From a virus: a stretch of DNA of 64,000 nt. Made by a program: the position numbers and the translations under genes. This document shows positions 1 to 9,630 of the stretch, one piece after another. The stretch's first letter is position 1; each line of letters starts with the position of its first letter. Where the stretch lies: IMG/VR virus record IMGVR_UViG_3300020183_000010. The stretch is one strand, 5' to 3'. The notes beneath the pieces are model-generated. The model worked only from the letters and a program-made list of their open reading frames with translations. It did no database searches and was not told the origin of the DNA.

Positions 1-33
1 AAAAAGATTTTATTATATCAAATGGATTATTCA

Positions 34-1164
34 TTAGTTAAATAGTTCAAATGGATCAAATCCTTTAGGTGGCTTAGCTTCACTAGCCCATGGTGATTTT
101 TCAATCATTTCTTTTTTATCCATATTTAGCAAAAGTCTTTCCTTTATATCTAATTCCTGTACATGATTTCTTAATCCCTCTACCATATTTCTAGGCAGTG
201 CTCTTGAATTTAGCCAAACCAATCTAGCATTCTCCTCATAGAATTTTTTAAATTTCTCCCTGTTTTCTGAATTATCCGTTTGTGAAACAAGTCTCAATGA
301 TAATCCAGATATCCAGCCTAGAAAGTCGTCATTATCCCAAAGATACTCCATGGAATAATCTCTCCATTCAGACTCTAGGTAAAGCCCCCATATTTTATTA
401 GCTTTCCCTTCTGCTATGTTAGAATTTTTACCATTTTTAGTTTGGTGAGGAAATACTCCAGGAACATCATCCTTTTTATCTCCCATTAGGATTTTCTTAA
501 AAATATATTCTTTTGTGTTGATCTTTTCCAAAGTACACGAAGATAATAGTTTTTCCATTTTTGATGAATTAGAACCAGACATAGGATCCACATCAAATAT
601 AGTGGTTTCTGTTTCTAACTCACCTTTCCAGTTTTCAGAAACTATTAATTTGTTGTTTTTGGAATTACTGTTCCATATACCCACCCACGATGAATCATCG
701 TACCTAACAAGTTGGTGCATATCCTTGTCACCACTTATTACTATTACAGATTCTCCCTTTTCTGATAGGTGCTCGCACCATGCCCATATCAAGTCATCCC
801 CCTCCGCTCCTTGGTACGAACTATAAATAAAACCATTAGATTCTAAATATTCAGAAAATTCATCCATGAGTTTAAAAAAAGATCCCCAATCTACACCTTC
901 TCCTTTTACTCTGCTTTCTTTATATACACTCCTGGTAATTTTATAATCTTTTCTCCATGATCTAGAGTCTTTACAAAATATCACTTGCTTTACATCAGGT
1001 ATCTGTTTTAAAGCATAACACAAGTCTGTAATTACTTTTCTTACAAACATATTTCTTTCGGCATCTGATGATAAAATGTCACCCGGATTCTTTGATCCAA
1101 ATCCTGAAAATATTCCAAATGTTTTATGGAAAATATAGTTTCCATCTACACAAACTGTTATCAT
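34..1164 (-). CDS. rnh: 5'-3' exonuclease / RNase H (T4 rnh-like, FEN/PIN fold)
   Basis: N-terminal VDGN, D-SRSWRK, YK-R, EGDD, ISGDKD, MGDKKDDVPG motifs of the FEN-like family. Confidence 0.85.
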   Translation of the reverse strand: MITVCVDGNYIFHKTFGIFSGFGSKNPGDILSSDAERNMFVRKVITDLCYALKQIPDVKQVIFCKDSRSWRKDYKITRSVYKESRVKGEGVDWGSFFKLMDEFSEYLESNGFIYSSYQGAEGDDLIWAWCEHLSEKGESVIVISGDKDMHQLVRYDDSSWVGIWNSNSKNNKLIVSENWKGELETETTIFDVDPMSGSNSSKMEKLLSSCTLEKINTKEYIFKKILMGDKKDDVPGVFPHQTKNGKNSNIAEGKANKIWGLYLESEWRDYSMEYLWDNDDFLGWISGLSLRLVSQTDNSENREKFKKFYEENARLVWLNSRALPRNMVEGLRNHVQELDIKERLLLNMDKKEMIEKSPWASEAKPPKGFDPFELFN

Positions 1165-1661
1165 TAAAAATCTTCGTTAGTTATCATTATATCATAGTCA
1201 GAAAATTGAAAAAAATCCTCCCGGTCTGCTATTAATCTTCTTTCGACGCTATCAGCATCATTTCTGCTTTTCAATCTCTCTATTCTTGTTTCTTCTGAAG
1301 GATTCAAATAAATAACAAAAGATTCATCTCTAAATGATTTAGGTAAGCTTCTAAGACCTGCAGGACTAAGAATAAAAAGATTTTTTACCGAGAATTCATC
1401 TTTAGATATTCCGTACTCCCATCCATTAAATTCTTGGAGCTCTAGAAAAATATCGGAATTAAAATTGAAGAAATTCTCATCTCTGTAGTAATAATCTACT
1501 CCTTCCAACTCTCCATCTCTAGGAGGTCTGCTAGTAAAAGATACTCCATATTCGAATCCCCTCTCTGCCATTTTTTTTCTTAAGAAGTCTTTTCCTGATC
1601 CTCCGGGACCTACTATGATTATCTTTGCCTTCATGTTATTATTGTATATTATATTAAGCAT
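1164..1661 (-). CDS. gmk: guanylate kinase-like nucleotide kinase (real start probably MKAKII)
   Basis: P-loop GPGGSGKD, SFTSRPPRDGE-EGVDYY, YG motif. Confidence 0.8.
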   Translation of the reverse strand: MLNIIYNNNMKAKIIIVGPGGSGKDFLRKKMAERGFEYGVSFTSRPPRDGELEGVDYYYRDENFFNFNSDIFLELQEFNGWEYGISKDEFSVKNLFILSPAGLRSLPKSFRDESFVIYLNPSEETRIERLKSRNDADSVERRLIADREDFFQFSDYDIMITNEDF

Positions 1662-1698
1662 TATGTATAATTTACGTATTAAATGCCTAGTATACTTA

Positions 1699-2646
1699 TC
1701 ATTTATTTACTATTTGTTGTAGAGAAAATATACAAGCAGATAGACTAAGTGCTGGATCTATAACAAGGTTTCTTTCAGATTGATACTTAGCAACGGTAAT
1801 TATAATAGCTGGTATTGTATTCATCTTATCTGGACGTTTTTCAGATATCCAGTTTATAAATTCAGATCCAAGAGAAGATAGGACCTCATCCACTTTACCT
1901 GAATATTGACCCATGATTAAGCTATAGTTTTCCATAGGTCCTTTAGAATTAAATATTATATCAAATATCTCTTCATTATTCCAGACAACCTCATTTATTT
2001 TTTGTTCAGTAAGATCTGTAACACCATCTATATTCCATCTTTGTATAGTGTTCAAAACTGATCTCATATCGGGGAAGTATTTTTTAGTAAAACTCTCCAG
2101 AACATGAATGTCATGATTTATTCCCATAAGATCTAATATTTTACCAACTCTATCCTTCCATTGAGATTTTATTTCGTTTTCCTCGCCTTTATCAATAGGA
2201 TCAAAATCATATGTTTGGAATCTTGATCTGATAGCATCAGGAATTTTATTAATATAATTGCACGTAGCTATAAATCTGGTAGTCTTTGCATATTTCTCTA
2301 TAGTTCCTCTTAAAGCTTTGTAAAACTGATCTGATGCTCCGTCAAACTCATCTAGAACAACTATCTTTATCATATTTTCTCCGTCTAGTATAGAAACGGT
2401 AGAACAGAAGTCATGTATTTTTGTTCTTATTGTTTCAACTGAACTTTCGTCAGATACATTTATAAATATGTGCGGATGTCCTTTTATTAGAATTTTAGCC
2501 ATACTGGTTTTACCAGATCCAGGAGATCCCGATAATAATACATTTTGTTGTAGACCATCATCAAAGGAAGCCTTTATCCTTTGTGGAAGTATCATATGTT
2601 TTAATTCCCTCGGTCTTAATTTTTCAGTTAATAGTTCTTGTATCAT
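1699..2646 (-). CDS. gp44: sliding-clamp loader large subunit (T4 gp44 / RFC AAA+)
   Basis: EKLRP, Walker A GSPGSGKTS, Walker B LDEFD, IRSRF, FPDMRS. Confidence 0.9.
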   Translation of the reverse strand: MIQELLTEKLRPRELKHMILPQRIKASFDDGLQQNVLLSGSPGSGKTSMAKILIKGHPHIFINVSDESSVETIRTKIHDFCSTVSILDGENMIKIVVLDEFDGASDQFYKALRGTIEKYAKTTRFIATCNYINKIPDAIRSRFQTYDFDPIDKGEENEIKSQWKDRVGKILDLMGINHDIHVLESFTKKYFPDMRSVLNTIQRWNIDGVTDLTEQKINEVVWNNEEIFDIIFNSKGPMENYSLIMGQYSGKVDEVLSSLGSEFINWISEKRPDKMNTIPAIIITVAKYQSERNLVIDPALSLSACIFSLQQIVNK

Positions 2647-3218
2647 TTTATATTTTTTAATATTCTTTCCATCTCAGCATTAACAACTACCTGAGCTATC
2701 TTTTTATACTCATCTCTTATTATAGATTTCTGTTGTTCCGTTGCAGAGCGCATGTTATGAGACTTAAGATGCCTCCATTTGACCATTACGGAAGCTCTAT
2801 ATATTTCATAACTTTTTAGTTCATTCCTTTTTGCATTTATAAGAATTTTAAATATTTTTTCCTTTGTAGGATTTTCTATTTTTATAAGTTTAGTGGGAAT
2901 TTTTTTAAGAGAAATTTTAGATACTATTTCTTCTATGTATGTTCCAAAATTTTTATTGAAATTTTCATTTCTCTCTATAGTTTTTTGCCTACTAATTTCC
3001 TTTGCTCTTTCTGAGTGGTATTTTATCTTCTCTGGATTTTTTGCCACATACTCAATCTGATACTTTCTTGTTTTTTCTCTGTTATTAGATTTCCATTCTT
3101 TTGATTTTTGTTTAGCACATATAACACACTTATAAGGCTTTAACCCATCAATATAGAAATCGATATACCCATGAATTTTACATTTCCATTTAACAAATTT
3201 TGTTTTCTTTACCTCCAT
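2643..3218 (-). CDS. hypothetical basic protein with N-terminal Zn-binding motif, similar to homing endonuclease N-termini
   Basis: CKIHG...CVIC, Lys/Arg-rich; no complete nuclease motif seen. Confidence 0.45.
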   Translation of the reverse strand: MEVKKTKFVKWKCKIHGYIDFYIDGLKPYKCVICAKQKSKEWKSNNREKTRKYQIEYVAKNPEKIKYHSERAKEISRQKTIERNENFNKNFGTYIEEIVSKISLKKIPTKLIKIENPTKEKIFKILINAKRNELKSYEIYRASVMVKWRHLKSHNMRSATEQQKSIIRDEYKKIAQVVVNAEMERILKNIK

Positions 3219-3235
3219 ATATTACTAAAATTAAA

Positions 3236-4561
3236 CTATTTACACAAACCACTCATATCATCACCCAGGTCCTTATCATTTCTTATTTCTATAAATCTAG
3301 GTAAGAACAAAGACCAATTATCATTTTTATCGTTAATAATAACATTATACTGTATAGCACACACTTTACCAATCTGAGAATCTGGATTATCGCTAAGATC
3401 CTTAAGATCCTGATCTGTAAAACCTGCACCCACCTTAACTTTAACTGTCCCAGATGAATCTTCACAATAAAATCCGCCAATAAGTCCTTCCCTCTTTCCC
3501 TCTCCTGGATACCAGCCAGTAATTATTAGATCACAATCGTTAACCTCCTTAAGTTTTATCCAATTTTTTGATCTTTTACACTCGTATACATGTTCGGGAT
3601 TTTTGAGTATTACTCCTTCTCCACCTCTAGCAACTATTTTATTATAGTAAGCGTAGATGTCTTCTTTTTCAGTAGTCAAGAAAGAATCTGCAAGCGTAAG
3701 GGAAGTCGTGTTATATGTACTAAAAACACCTTCTAATGTACTTCTTCTCACATCAAAAGGTATGATTCCTTTTCCAGTTTTTAGTGTGTCTGCATCCTCG
3801 AGATCAAAAACGTTATAAAGAAGATCGTCTCCAATAGAATCAGAAGGCTTACCTTTTAGCATTTGTGTCACTTTACCAGAAACACTCTTTCTATTTAGGT
3901 CCGTAAGTTCTCCATCAAAAAACCATTCTCCTTTTAACCCCGAATTTTTAATTAGGGTCAAGCATTCGTCTGAAATCTTCTTTAAATATTGATTAGGTAT
4001 CTCGTTGAAGGCTCTTGTGTAAAATTTTACCTCCTCACCAACAACAAATGCAATTACCCTTACTCCGTCATATTTTTCTTCACAGACTATAGAATCCCAT
4101 TTTTTTATCTCGTCTTCGTCGTCTTGTGCAAGCATCAAGCTAGGATCTGGTATGACCTCTTTGTTAAAAGATTTGTTTATTAACTTAGCACCAATTCCTA
4201 TATTTAATCTTTTCGTTAAAACCTTAGCAAGTATTTTTCTTTCGTCCTCCGATAGGGGATAACAGTTAATAATTTCAAAAGCTTCTTCCCTTAATTTGTC
4301 ATTTGCAGCTGGAGCATAGAAAAGTTTTTCTGTTAGATTTTTAAATCTATCAAAAATATCTTCGCTTTCTACAATGTAGGGAGATTCAGAAAGTATTGGA
4401 AGTTTATGTAATTTAGTTGTTAGAAAAGGATCTAGTGCGACTTTTAAAAGATACTCCAATTCCTTAGAGTAGTTATTTTTTATAAGATCCTGTTTTATTT
4501 TTTGTGATCCATTGCCTGTCGTGTTCTCTATTTCTAATAGAATCCTTAGTTCTTTTTGCAT
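3236..4561 (-). CDS. gp30: ATP-dependent DNA ligase
   Basis: EEKYDGVR adenylation motif, FDGEL, EGVILK, KRSKNWIKLK, LFLPRF. Confidence 0.95.
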   Translation of the reverse strand: MQKELRILLEIENTTGNGSQKIKQDLIKNNYSKELEYLLKVALDPFLTTKLHKLPILSESPYIVESEDIFDRFKNLTEKLFYAPAANDKLREEAFEIINCYPLSEDERKILAKVLTKRLNIGIGAKLINKSFNKEVIPDPSLMLAQDDEDEIKKWDSIVCEEKYDGVRVIAFVVGEEVKFYTRAFNEIPNQYLKKISDECLTLIKNSGLKGEWFFDGELTDLNRKSVSGKVTQMLKGKPSDSIGDDLLYNVFDLEDADTLKTGKGIIPFDVRRSTLEGVFSTYNTTSLTLADSFLTTEKEDIYAYYNKIVARGGEGVILKNPEHVYECKRSKNWIKLKEVNDCDLIITGWYPGEGKREGLIGGFYCEDSSGTVKVKVGAGFTDQDLKDLSDNPDSQIGKVCAIQYNVIINDKNDNWSLFLPRFIEIRNDKDLGDDMSGLCK

Positions 4562-4648
4562 GAATGTATTTTTAGCTAATATAGAAATCCATTTTAAATA
4601 ATAAAAAGGATTCTTATATTATACTAAATAAAAGTAATAAGTTTTCGA

Positions 4649-6316
4649 TTAGATTTCCGCTGCTGCTTCCCCGCCTGCTGCTGCGTCTCCACCTGCTGCT
4701 GCGTCTCCGCCTGCTGCTGCGTCTCCACCTGCTGCTGCTGCGTCTCCTCCGGTAGCTCCGGTAGCTCCAGCTTTTCCTTCCTCTTCCGCTTTTTTCACAT
4801 AGGACTTATTTAACTGTATATCCTCATAAGATAGATCTAGCCATCTTTCTATCATAAAGTCCTGGTCGAAGAACTGAACCTCTTCCTCATTTACTGTTTC
4901 TTTGACTTCCCCTAGTGCAGTAATAAAATCAATTCTTTTTATTAACTGCTCTATCTCTCTTGATTCACCAAATAAATTATCGCTTTCAAACTTAACACCT
5001 ATTTGACTTCTAAATTCAGAATCATTCTTAAGGTCTGGAAAATCTAGACACATTTGAATCCAAAGAGGCTTAACTATTATTTCTTGGAATATTGATCTTA
5101 GCCTAGTTATAAACTTAGCAAATCTTACCTCGTCTCTTTCCGCTCCGTCAGCACCTGTTTTAAAAACGTTATTTGATCCAACACCAAATCTAGAAGAAAA
5201 TCTGTTGTAAGGTATTTTAGAATCTTGTCTTAACTTGTTGTAAAAATAAACAACTGAATCCATAATGTTTAAATTCGGACCTTGTGCGTTAAGTGTTTCG
5301 ATTTTAACAGATTCACCTCCCTGCTGCGGGAATAAATAATTTTTATAAAATTGTATATCCGGCCTACCATTTATTGATAATTCACCGGAAGTTGTATCTA
5401 ATTTAATATCTTCTTTATACACAGACATTAATTCCCCTAAGGTTTCTTTAGCTTTTTGTGGTGCTTTGCTACCAATAGGAACAGTCATTTTAATTCTGTA
5501 TTGTGCATTCATGACATTCCATATTATTCTAGAATGCTCCATAATTTTTAGTAGGTTATAAGATCTTATTAATCTTTCTGTATAAGAAACCCTAGATACG
5601 GTGTTTGCTTTAGCATATGATATGTAGATAACCTGTGCATCTAAAAGTTTTCTTTGTCTAACAGTTTCTCCGTAATACTGCCACCAAATTGTTTCTCTAG
5701 TTCCGCCCGGTTTCTTTTCGACCGCTGGGGTTAAACTCACTGGGTCTAATTCCTTAAATCCTATTATTTCTTTCCCGTCGTTTGAATAGATTATTTCAAA
5801 AGCTAAAAATCCCTCTACTACTAATTGTCTAAAGTATTGCCAAGCAGTTAAGCCATTAGCAAAATTGTGTAAAACATATAGCTTTCTGAAATTTTTTCTC
5901 ATAGCTTTTATGACGTCATCTTTGAGATCCATGCTCATTAGAGCTGGATGACAAAAGAAATTCTTTTCGTCATAAACTATAGCTTCGTCACATATTGTAT
6001 CTAAAATATATTCGATCTCAGCGTTTAAAGCAAAGGTTCTAAGAAAATCTCTCTTGAATGGGTAATCCTTATCGAAATATGCTATATATTTTCTATTAGA
6101 TGTATCCTGTGCTGCTATACTGTATATAAAATCCTCGTCCGAATCTGTAAATCCGAACCTTTCTCTCATATTAGCTTCAGATACACCTATTGCCATAGAG
6201 TCTTGGATAACCATATCCTTATACTCCATACCAAAAGATCCAAGACCACTAATAGTTTTTAATATCCTTGAGATATTGGGATTTATTTTTCCTAAGTTGT
6301 CTAAAAATCCAGCCAT
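4649..6316 (-). CDS. gp20: portal protein (T4 gp20-like), paralog 1
   Basis: EI..ICDEAIV, YNLLKIMEHSRIIW, KAPQKA, ERDEVRFAKFITRLRSIF; low-complexity C-terminal tail. Confidence 0.85.
   Translation of the reverse strand: MAGFLDNLGKINPNISRILKTISGLGSFGMEYKDMVIQDSMAIGVSEANMRERFGFTDSDEDFIYSIAAQDTSNRKYIAYFDKDYPFKRDFLRTFALNAEIEYILDTICDEAIVYDEKNFFCHPALMSMDLKDDVIKAMRKNFRKLYVLHNFANGLTAWQYFRQLVVEGFLAFEIIYSNDGKEIIGFKELDPVSLTPAVEKKPGGTRETIWWQYYGETVRQRKLLDAQVIYISYAKANTVSRVSYTERLIRSYNLLKIMEHSRIIWNVMNAQYRIKMTVPIGSKAPQKAKETLGELMSVYKEDIKLDTTSGELSINGRPDIQFYKNYLFPQQGGESVKIETLNAQGPNLNIMDSVVYFYNKLRQDSKIPYNRFSSRFGVGSNNVFKTGADGAERDEVRFAKFITRLRSIFQEIIVKPLWIQMCLDFPDLKNDSEFRSQIGVKFESDNLFGESREIEQLIKRIDFITALGEVKETVNEEEVQFFDQDFMIERWLDLSYEDIQLNKSYVKKAEEEGKAGATGATGGDAAAAGGDAAAGGDAAAGGDAAAGGEAAAEI
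4657..4771 (-). repeat. coding tandem repeat (about 18 bp units, GGDAAA, preceded by GATGATG) at portal C-terminus
   Basis: Repeated cctgctgctgcgtctcc units visible in the sequence. Confidence 0.85.
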
Positions 6317-6322
6317 TTTATT

Positions 6323-7942
6323 TTATAGTGTAAATTCGTCTCCTCCTGTAGCTCCTTCAGCTCCTGTAGCTCCCTCTGCTCCGGTAGCACCTGCTTCAGC
6401 TTCAGCTGCTTTTTTCTTTTCCTCAGCTGCTTTTTCTTTAAATTTCCTGTTAGTTGTTAAATCTTGTCCTTTAACACCTAACCATCTATCTACTAAGAAA
6501 TCCATACTGAAGTATTTTTTCCCTTGAGAGTTCATTAGAGCAGATATTTTAATTATTTGATCCTTTCTAGCTGTTAGAACCTCCATTTCTTTTGCTTCTC
6601 TGAACATGTTCTCTTTAACATAATCCAAACCAAACTCTGACTTTATTAAATAATCTTTTTTAAGATGTGGAAAATCCAAACAGAATTGAACCCATAAAGG
6701 CTTCATTAGTATCTCTTGATATATTGATCTTAACCTGTTTATAAATTTACCGAACCTAACCTCCTCTTGATCTAATCCCTCTGCGGTAAAAGTAATTGTT
6801 CCTTCGGATCCTGACTCCTCTCTACCGAATCTAGTAGCAGGTATTTTTGAATCCATTCTAAGTTTATTTGCAAAGTACTTAAGAACTGTTGTATCAGAGA
6901 ATGCTGTAGCATCTCCTCCACCTGGTAAAGGTTGTATATCTGGGGTTCCGTTAGGAGAGGAAGGCATTAAATAGTTCTTAAAAAATTGAATCTTTGGTCT
7001 TCCGTCTACACTTAATTCCCCACTATCTGTATTAAGTCTTATATCCTCTTTATATATGGACATTAGTTCTCCTAATGTCTGTTTAGCTTTTTGTGGGGAT
7101 CTCGTACCAATAGGAACCGTCATTGCCATCCTGTATGATGAGTTCATTACGTTCCATATAATTCTGGTGTGCTCCATTATTCTAAGTAGATTAAATGATC
7201 TAATCATTCTTTCACAATAACTAACTCTGGATGATGTTCCTCCACCTTTAGCATAACTTATATAAATTATCTGCGAATCATATAATTTTCTAGTTAATGA
7301 TGGATTATCCGGATATTGTATCCATATATCGGTAAAACTCCCGTCAGGTTGTGATTCTACTGTTGGTATTAGTGACCAGGGATCTAATTCTTTAAACCCT
7401 ACAATATTTTTACCTTTCTTGTCAAATACTATCTCAAAAGCTATATTTCCGTCTACTAGAAATTTTCTGAATAAATGCCAAGCTGATATATCTTGATTAA
7501 ATCCGAAAAGATTGTAGATCTCCTTATATCTTTTTTGGACTTTCTCATATGTTTCATCGTCGACATCGTCATGCTGCATAAAAGAAAAATAAGCCCAGAA
7601 ATTCTTTTCGTCATAAACTATTGACTCGTCGCATATAGTATCTAAAATAAATTCTATTTCTGGGTTTTGTGAAAATCCTTGGAGATAATGTCTTTTATTT
7701 TTATAATCCTTATCGAAATAAGCTATATACTGTTTAGTGGTTGTATCTGCTCTTCTTAAACCAAATAAGAAAGATTCGTCTTTTATACCACCTTTTTGTA
7801 GGAACTGAGCTTCTGTTATACCTACCGCTTGTGAGTTTTTTATGACAAGATCCTCGTAGGCCATACCAAAACTGCCCACTTTCTTTATATTATCTATAAT
7901 AGAACTAAAGAATGATTTTTTTTCGTCAGTAAATCCAGCCAT
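6323..7942 (-). CDS. gp20: portal protein (T4 gp20-like), paralog 2
   Basis: Collinear with and highly similar to 4649..6316 (YIAYFDKDY, FKELDP, PQKAKQTLGELMS, EEVRFGKFINRLRSI). Confidence 0.85.
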   Translation of the reverse strand: MAGFTDEKKSFFSSIIDNIKKVGSFGMAYEDLVIKNSQAVGITEAQFLQKGGIKDESFLFGLRRADTTTKQYIAYFDKDYKNKRHYLQGFSQNPEIEFILDTICDESIVYDEKNFWAYFSFMQHDDVDDETYEKVQKRYKEIYNLFGFNQDISAWHLFRKFLVDGNIAFEIVFDKKGKNIVGFKELDPWSLIPTVESQPDGSFTDIWIQYPDNPSLTRKLYDSQIIYISYAKGGGTSSRVSYCERMIRSFNLLRIMEHTRIIWNVMNSSYRMAMTVPIGTRSPQKAKQTLGELMSIYKEDIRLNTDSGELSVDGRPKIQFFKNYLMPSSPNGTPDIQPLPGGGDATAFSDTTVLKYFANKLRMDSKIPATRFGREESGSEGTITFTAEGLDQEEVRFGKFINRLRSIYQEILMKPLWVQFCLDFPHLKKDYLIKSEFGLDYVKENMFREAKEMEVLTARKDQIIKISALMNSQGKKYFSMDFLVDRWLGVKGQDLTTNRKFKEKAAEEKKKAAEAEAGATGAEGATGAEGATGGDEFTL

Positions 7943-8538
7943 TAGACTTTTGAATTTTTATTATATATCTCATTTAACTGGGTCCCTTCAATTGACCTAG
8001 TATCCAGATATATTATTCTAGTCCAATCTTCGAAAGGAATTTCCACAACATCACGAACTTTTTTTAAATCCCATGATCTATATGCGTGTTTATATGGTAT
8101 TCCCTTCAGTATGATATCCATTGTTTGATAATCTGTTTTAAAAGGAATCTGATCCCTGCCCTCACCTCTTTCTTGCCTTTGTATATTTTTTTCTAACTGA
8201 TCCTGAAATACACTTTGTACCCTCTCAAAAAATGATAATCTAAATACTGGGGGAATAAGTATTAAATCTAATCCGTTAAAAAGATTTTTCTTTTCGTAAT
8301 TATCATATCCAGTGAAAAAAATTACGGGTCTTTTGTTTATGAATTTCTTACCATCTTCTAATTTGTCGTTGTACGCAAAAGAATAAACCTTTCCTTGTAA
8401 AAAGTTTAATGGGTTAAATTGTGAGTTTTTATTTACATAATTTTTTACCCAGTGCATAAATGCCTCTTCTGGTAAAGAAGTTAGCCCAGAAACAGAAAAT
8501 TTATATTCCTCGAATTTTTTTCTAAATGGCTGTATCAT
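7942..8538 (-). CDS. DNA end protector-like protein (T4 gp2 family)
   Basis: GKVYSFAY, GLDL..IPP..R, EIPFEDW pattern; next to gp4-like gene. Confidence 0.55.
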   Translation of the reverse strand: MIQPFRKKFEEYKFSVSGLTSLPEEAFMHWVKNYVNKNSQFNPLNFLQGKVYSFAYNDKLEDGKKFINKRPVIFFTGYDNYEKKNLFNGLDLILIPPVFRLSFFERVQSVFQDQLEKNIQRQERGEGRDQIPFKTDYQTMDIILKGIPYKHAYRSWDLKKVRDVVEIPFEDWTRIIYLDTRSIEGTQLNEIYNKNSKV

Positions 8539-9020
8539 CTCATTATAAAGCTTTCGTTGATAGCACCGAATTTATATCCTCTAGATTCAGCAAATCTAGT
8601 TGCTGCTTCAAACTTAGCTCTATTTGTTATCCACGTCTTAAGTTTTTCGTTATAAGATCTTATCTTTTTTTCTGTTAGATTTCCGACGGGCTCTTTGGGT
8701 CTTTTATGAAGTGCATACTGATCTTCTGGTTTTATTTCTATTAACCAGTTTTCTAAAATTTCGCCCTTCTGTACTTGTATGTAGTAATCTACAAAATATT
8801 TGTGCTCTTTTTTGTCTATAGGACTCCAATAGGGAATTCCTGTTGGTTCTGAACTCCATTTTGTTATGTTGGGATTAATATCACAATATTGACAAAATTT
8901 CCTTTCCCAGGAGCTTCTATATATTATATTATATATGTCCCCAATATACTTTTCCGGATTAACTGGGGAATACTTACCAGATTTCCAGTTCCCATTGGGC
9001 TTTAGTTTTTTTATGTCCAC
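8535..9020 (-). CDS. gp4: head completion nuclease (T4 gp4, TnsA-like)
   Basis: P.NPEKYIGD, IYRSSWE, WSSE, YFVDY, IEIKP, N.AKF.AA. Confidence 0.9.
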   Translation of the reverse strand: MDIKKLKPNGNWKSGKYSPVNPEKYIGDIYNIIYRSSWERKFCQYCDINPNITKWSSEPTGIPYWSPIDKKEHKYFVDYYIQVQKGEILENWLIEIKPEDQYALHKRPKEPVGNLTEKKIRSYNEKLKTWITNRAKFEAATRFAESRGYKFGAINESFIMR

Positions 9021-9022
9021 AA

Positions 9023-9379
9023 TTATACATTATAATTGGAATTCTCCTCTCTTACTATTCTAGAAAAAGGAATAGTCTTAGGGGATTTTGGTGGATGTAT
9101 TTTTTTCCATCCTTTTTTCATTCCATTGTGTGCTATCTGGGATATAAAAGCAAAAGGATTATCAGACTTAGCTGGATCATATCGATTCCAATATTTAACT
9201 AAGTCTTCCAGTCCTGAAGATATGCAATCTTCTCTGTCTTCATTATCTCGGTAGGAATGTGTCTTGGACATACCGTTTACTATGAGAGTAAACATCTTAA
9301 CGGTCTCATCTGTTAATTGACCTTTTTCTTTGCTTTCTAGAAGAGCTCTTTTTAGCTCTTTGTTTTTTACGTATATCAT
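9023..9379 (-). CDS. gp55: late-transcription sigma factor (short T4 gp55-like)
   Basis: YVKNKEL, DCIS.G.E, YDPAKSDNPFAFISQI. Confidence 0.75.
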   Translation of the reverse strand: MIYVKNKELKRALLESKEKGQLTDETVKMFTLIVNGMSKTHSYRDNEDREDCISSGLEDLVKYWNRYDPAKSDNPFAFISQIAHNGMKKGWKKIHPPKSPKTIPFSRIVREENSNYNV

Positions 9380-9630
9380 TCTTGTTCGGGAATATTATTT
9401 TGGAGCTTTTCTATCTGTTGTTCTAAATTAACCCTTAATTCTTCCAAATTTTTCCTCGAATTTCTAATTGTGTCTATACCTATCTTACCGTTTTCTTCAC
9501 TAGAAGTTTCTAATTCTTTAATCTTTTCTAGACAATTTTTCAAATCATCTAAAACAAAATTGAGTCTATTGCCAACCCCCTCGTCTGGGTCTTTGGCAAC
9601 AGACTCATTTATTGATTCCTTAATTACTAC
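9376..9630 (-). CDS. start-less 84-codon open frame, candidate -1 frameshift extension of the 772-aa protein
   Basis: Frame VVIKESINESVAKD...NNIPEQE* has no ATG, starts at the A9G run, and its TGA overlaps the gp55-like ATG. Confidence 0.6.
   Translation of the reverse strand, partial: VVIKESINESVAKDPDEGVGNRLNFVLDDLKNCLEKIKELETSSEENGKIGIDTIRNSRKNLEELRVNLEQQIEKLQNNIPEQE

Noticed and set aside
2643-3218. Intact homing endonuclease or mobile intron between clamp loader and ligase
   Set aside because: No HNH or GIY-YIG catalytic motif is visible and both flanking genes are uninterrupted.
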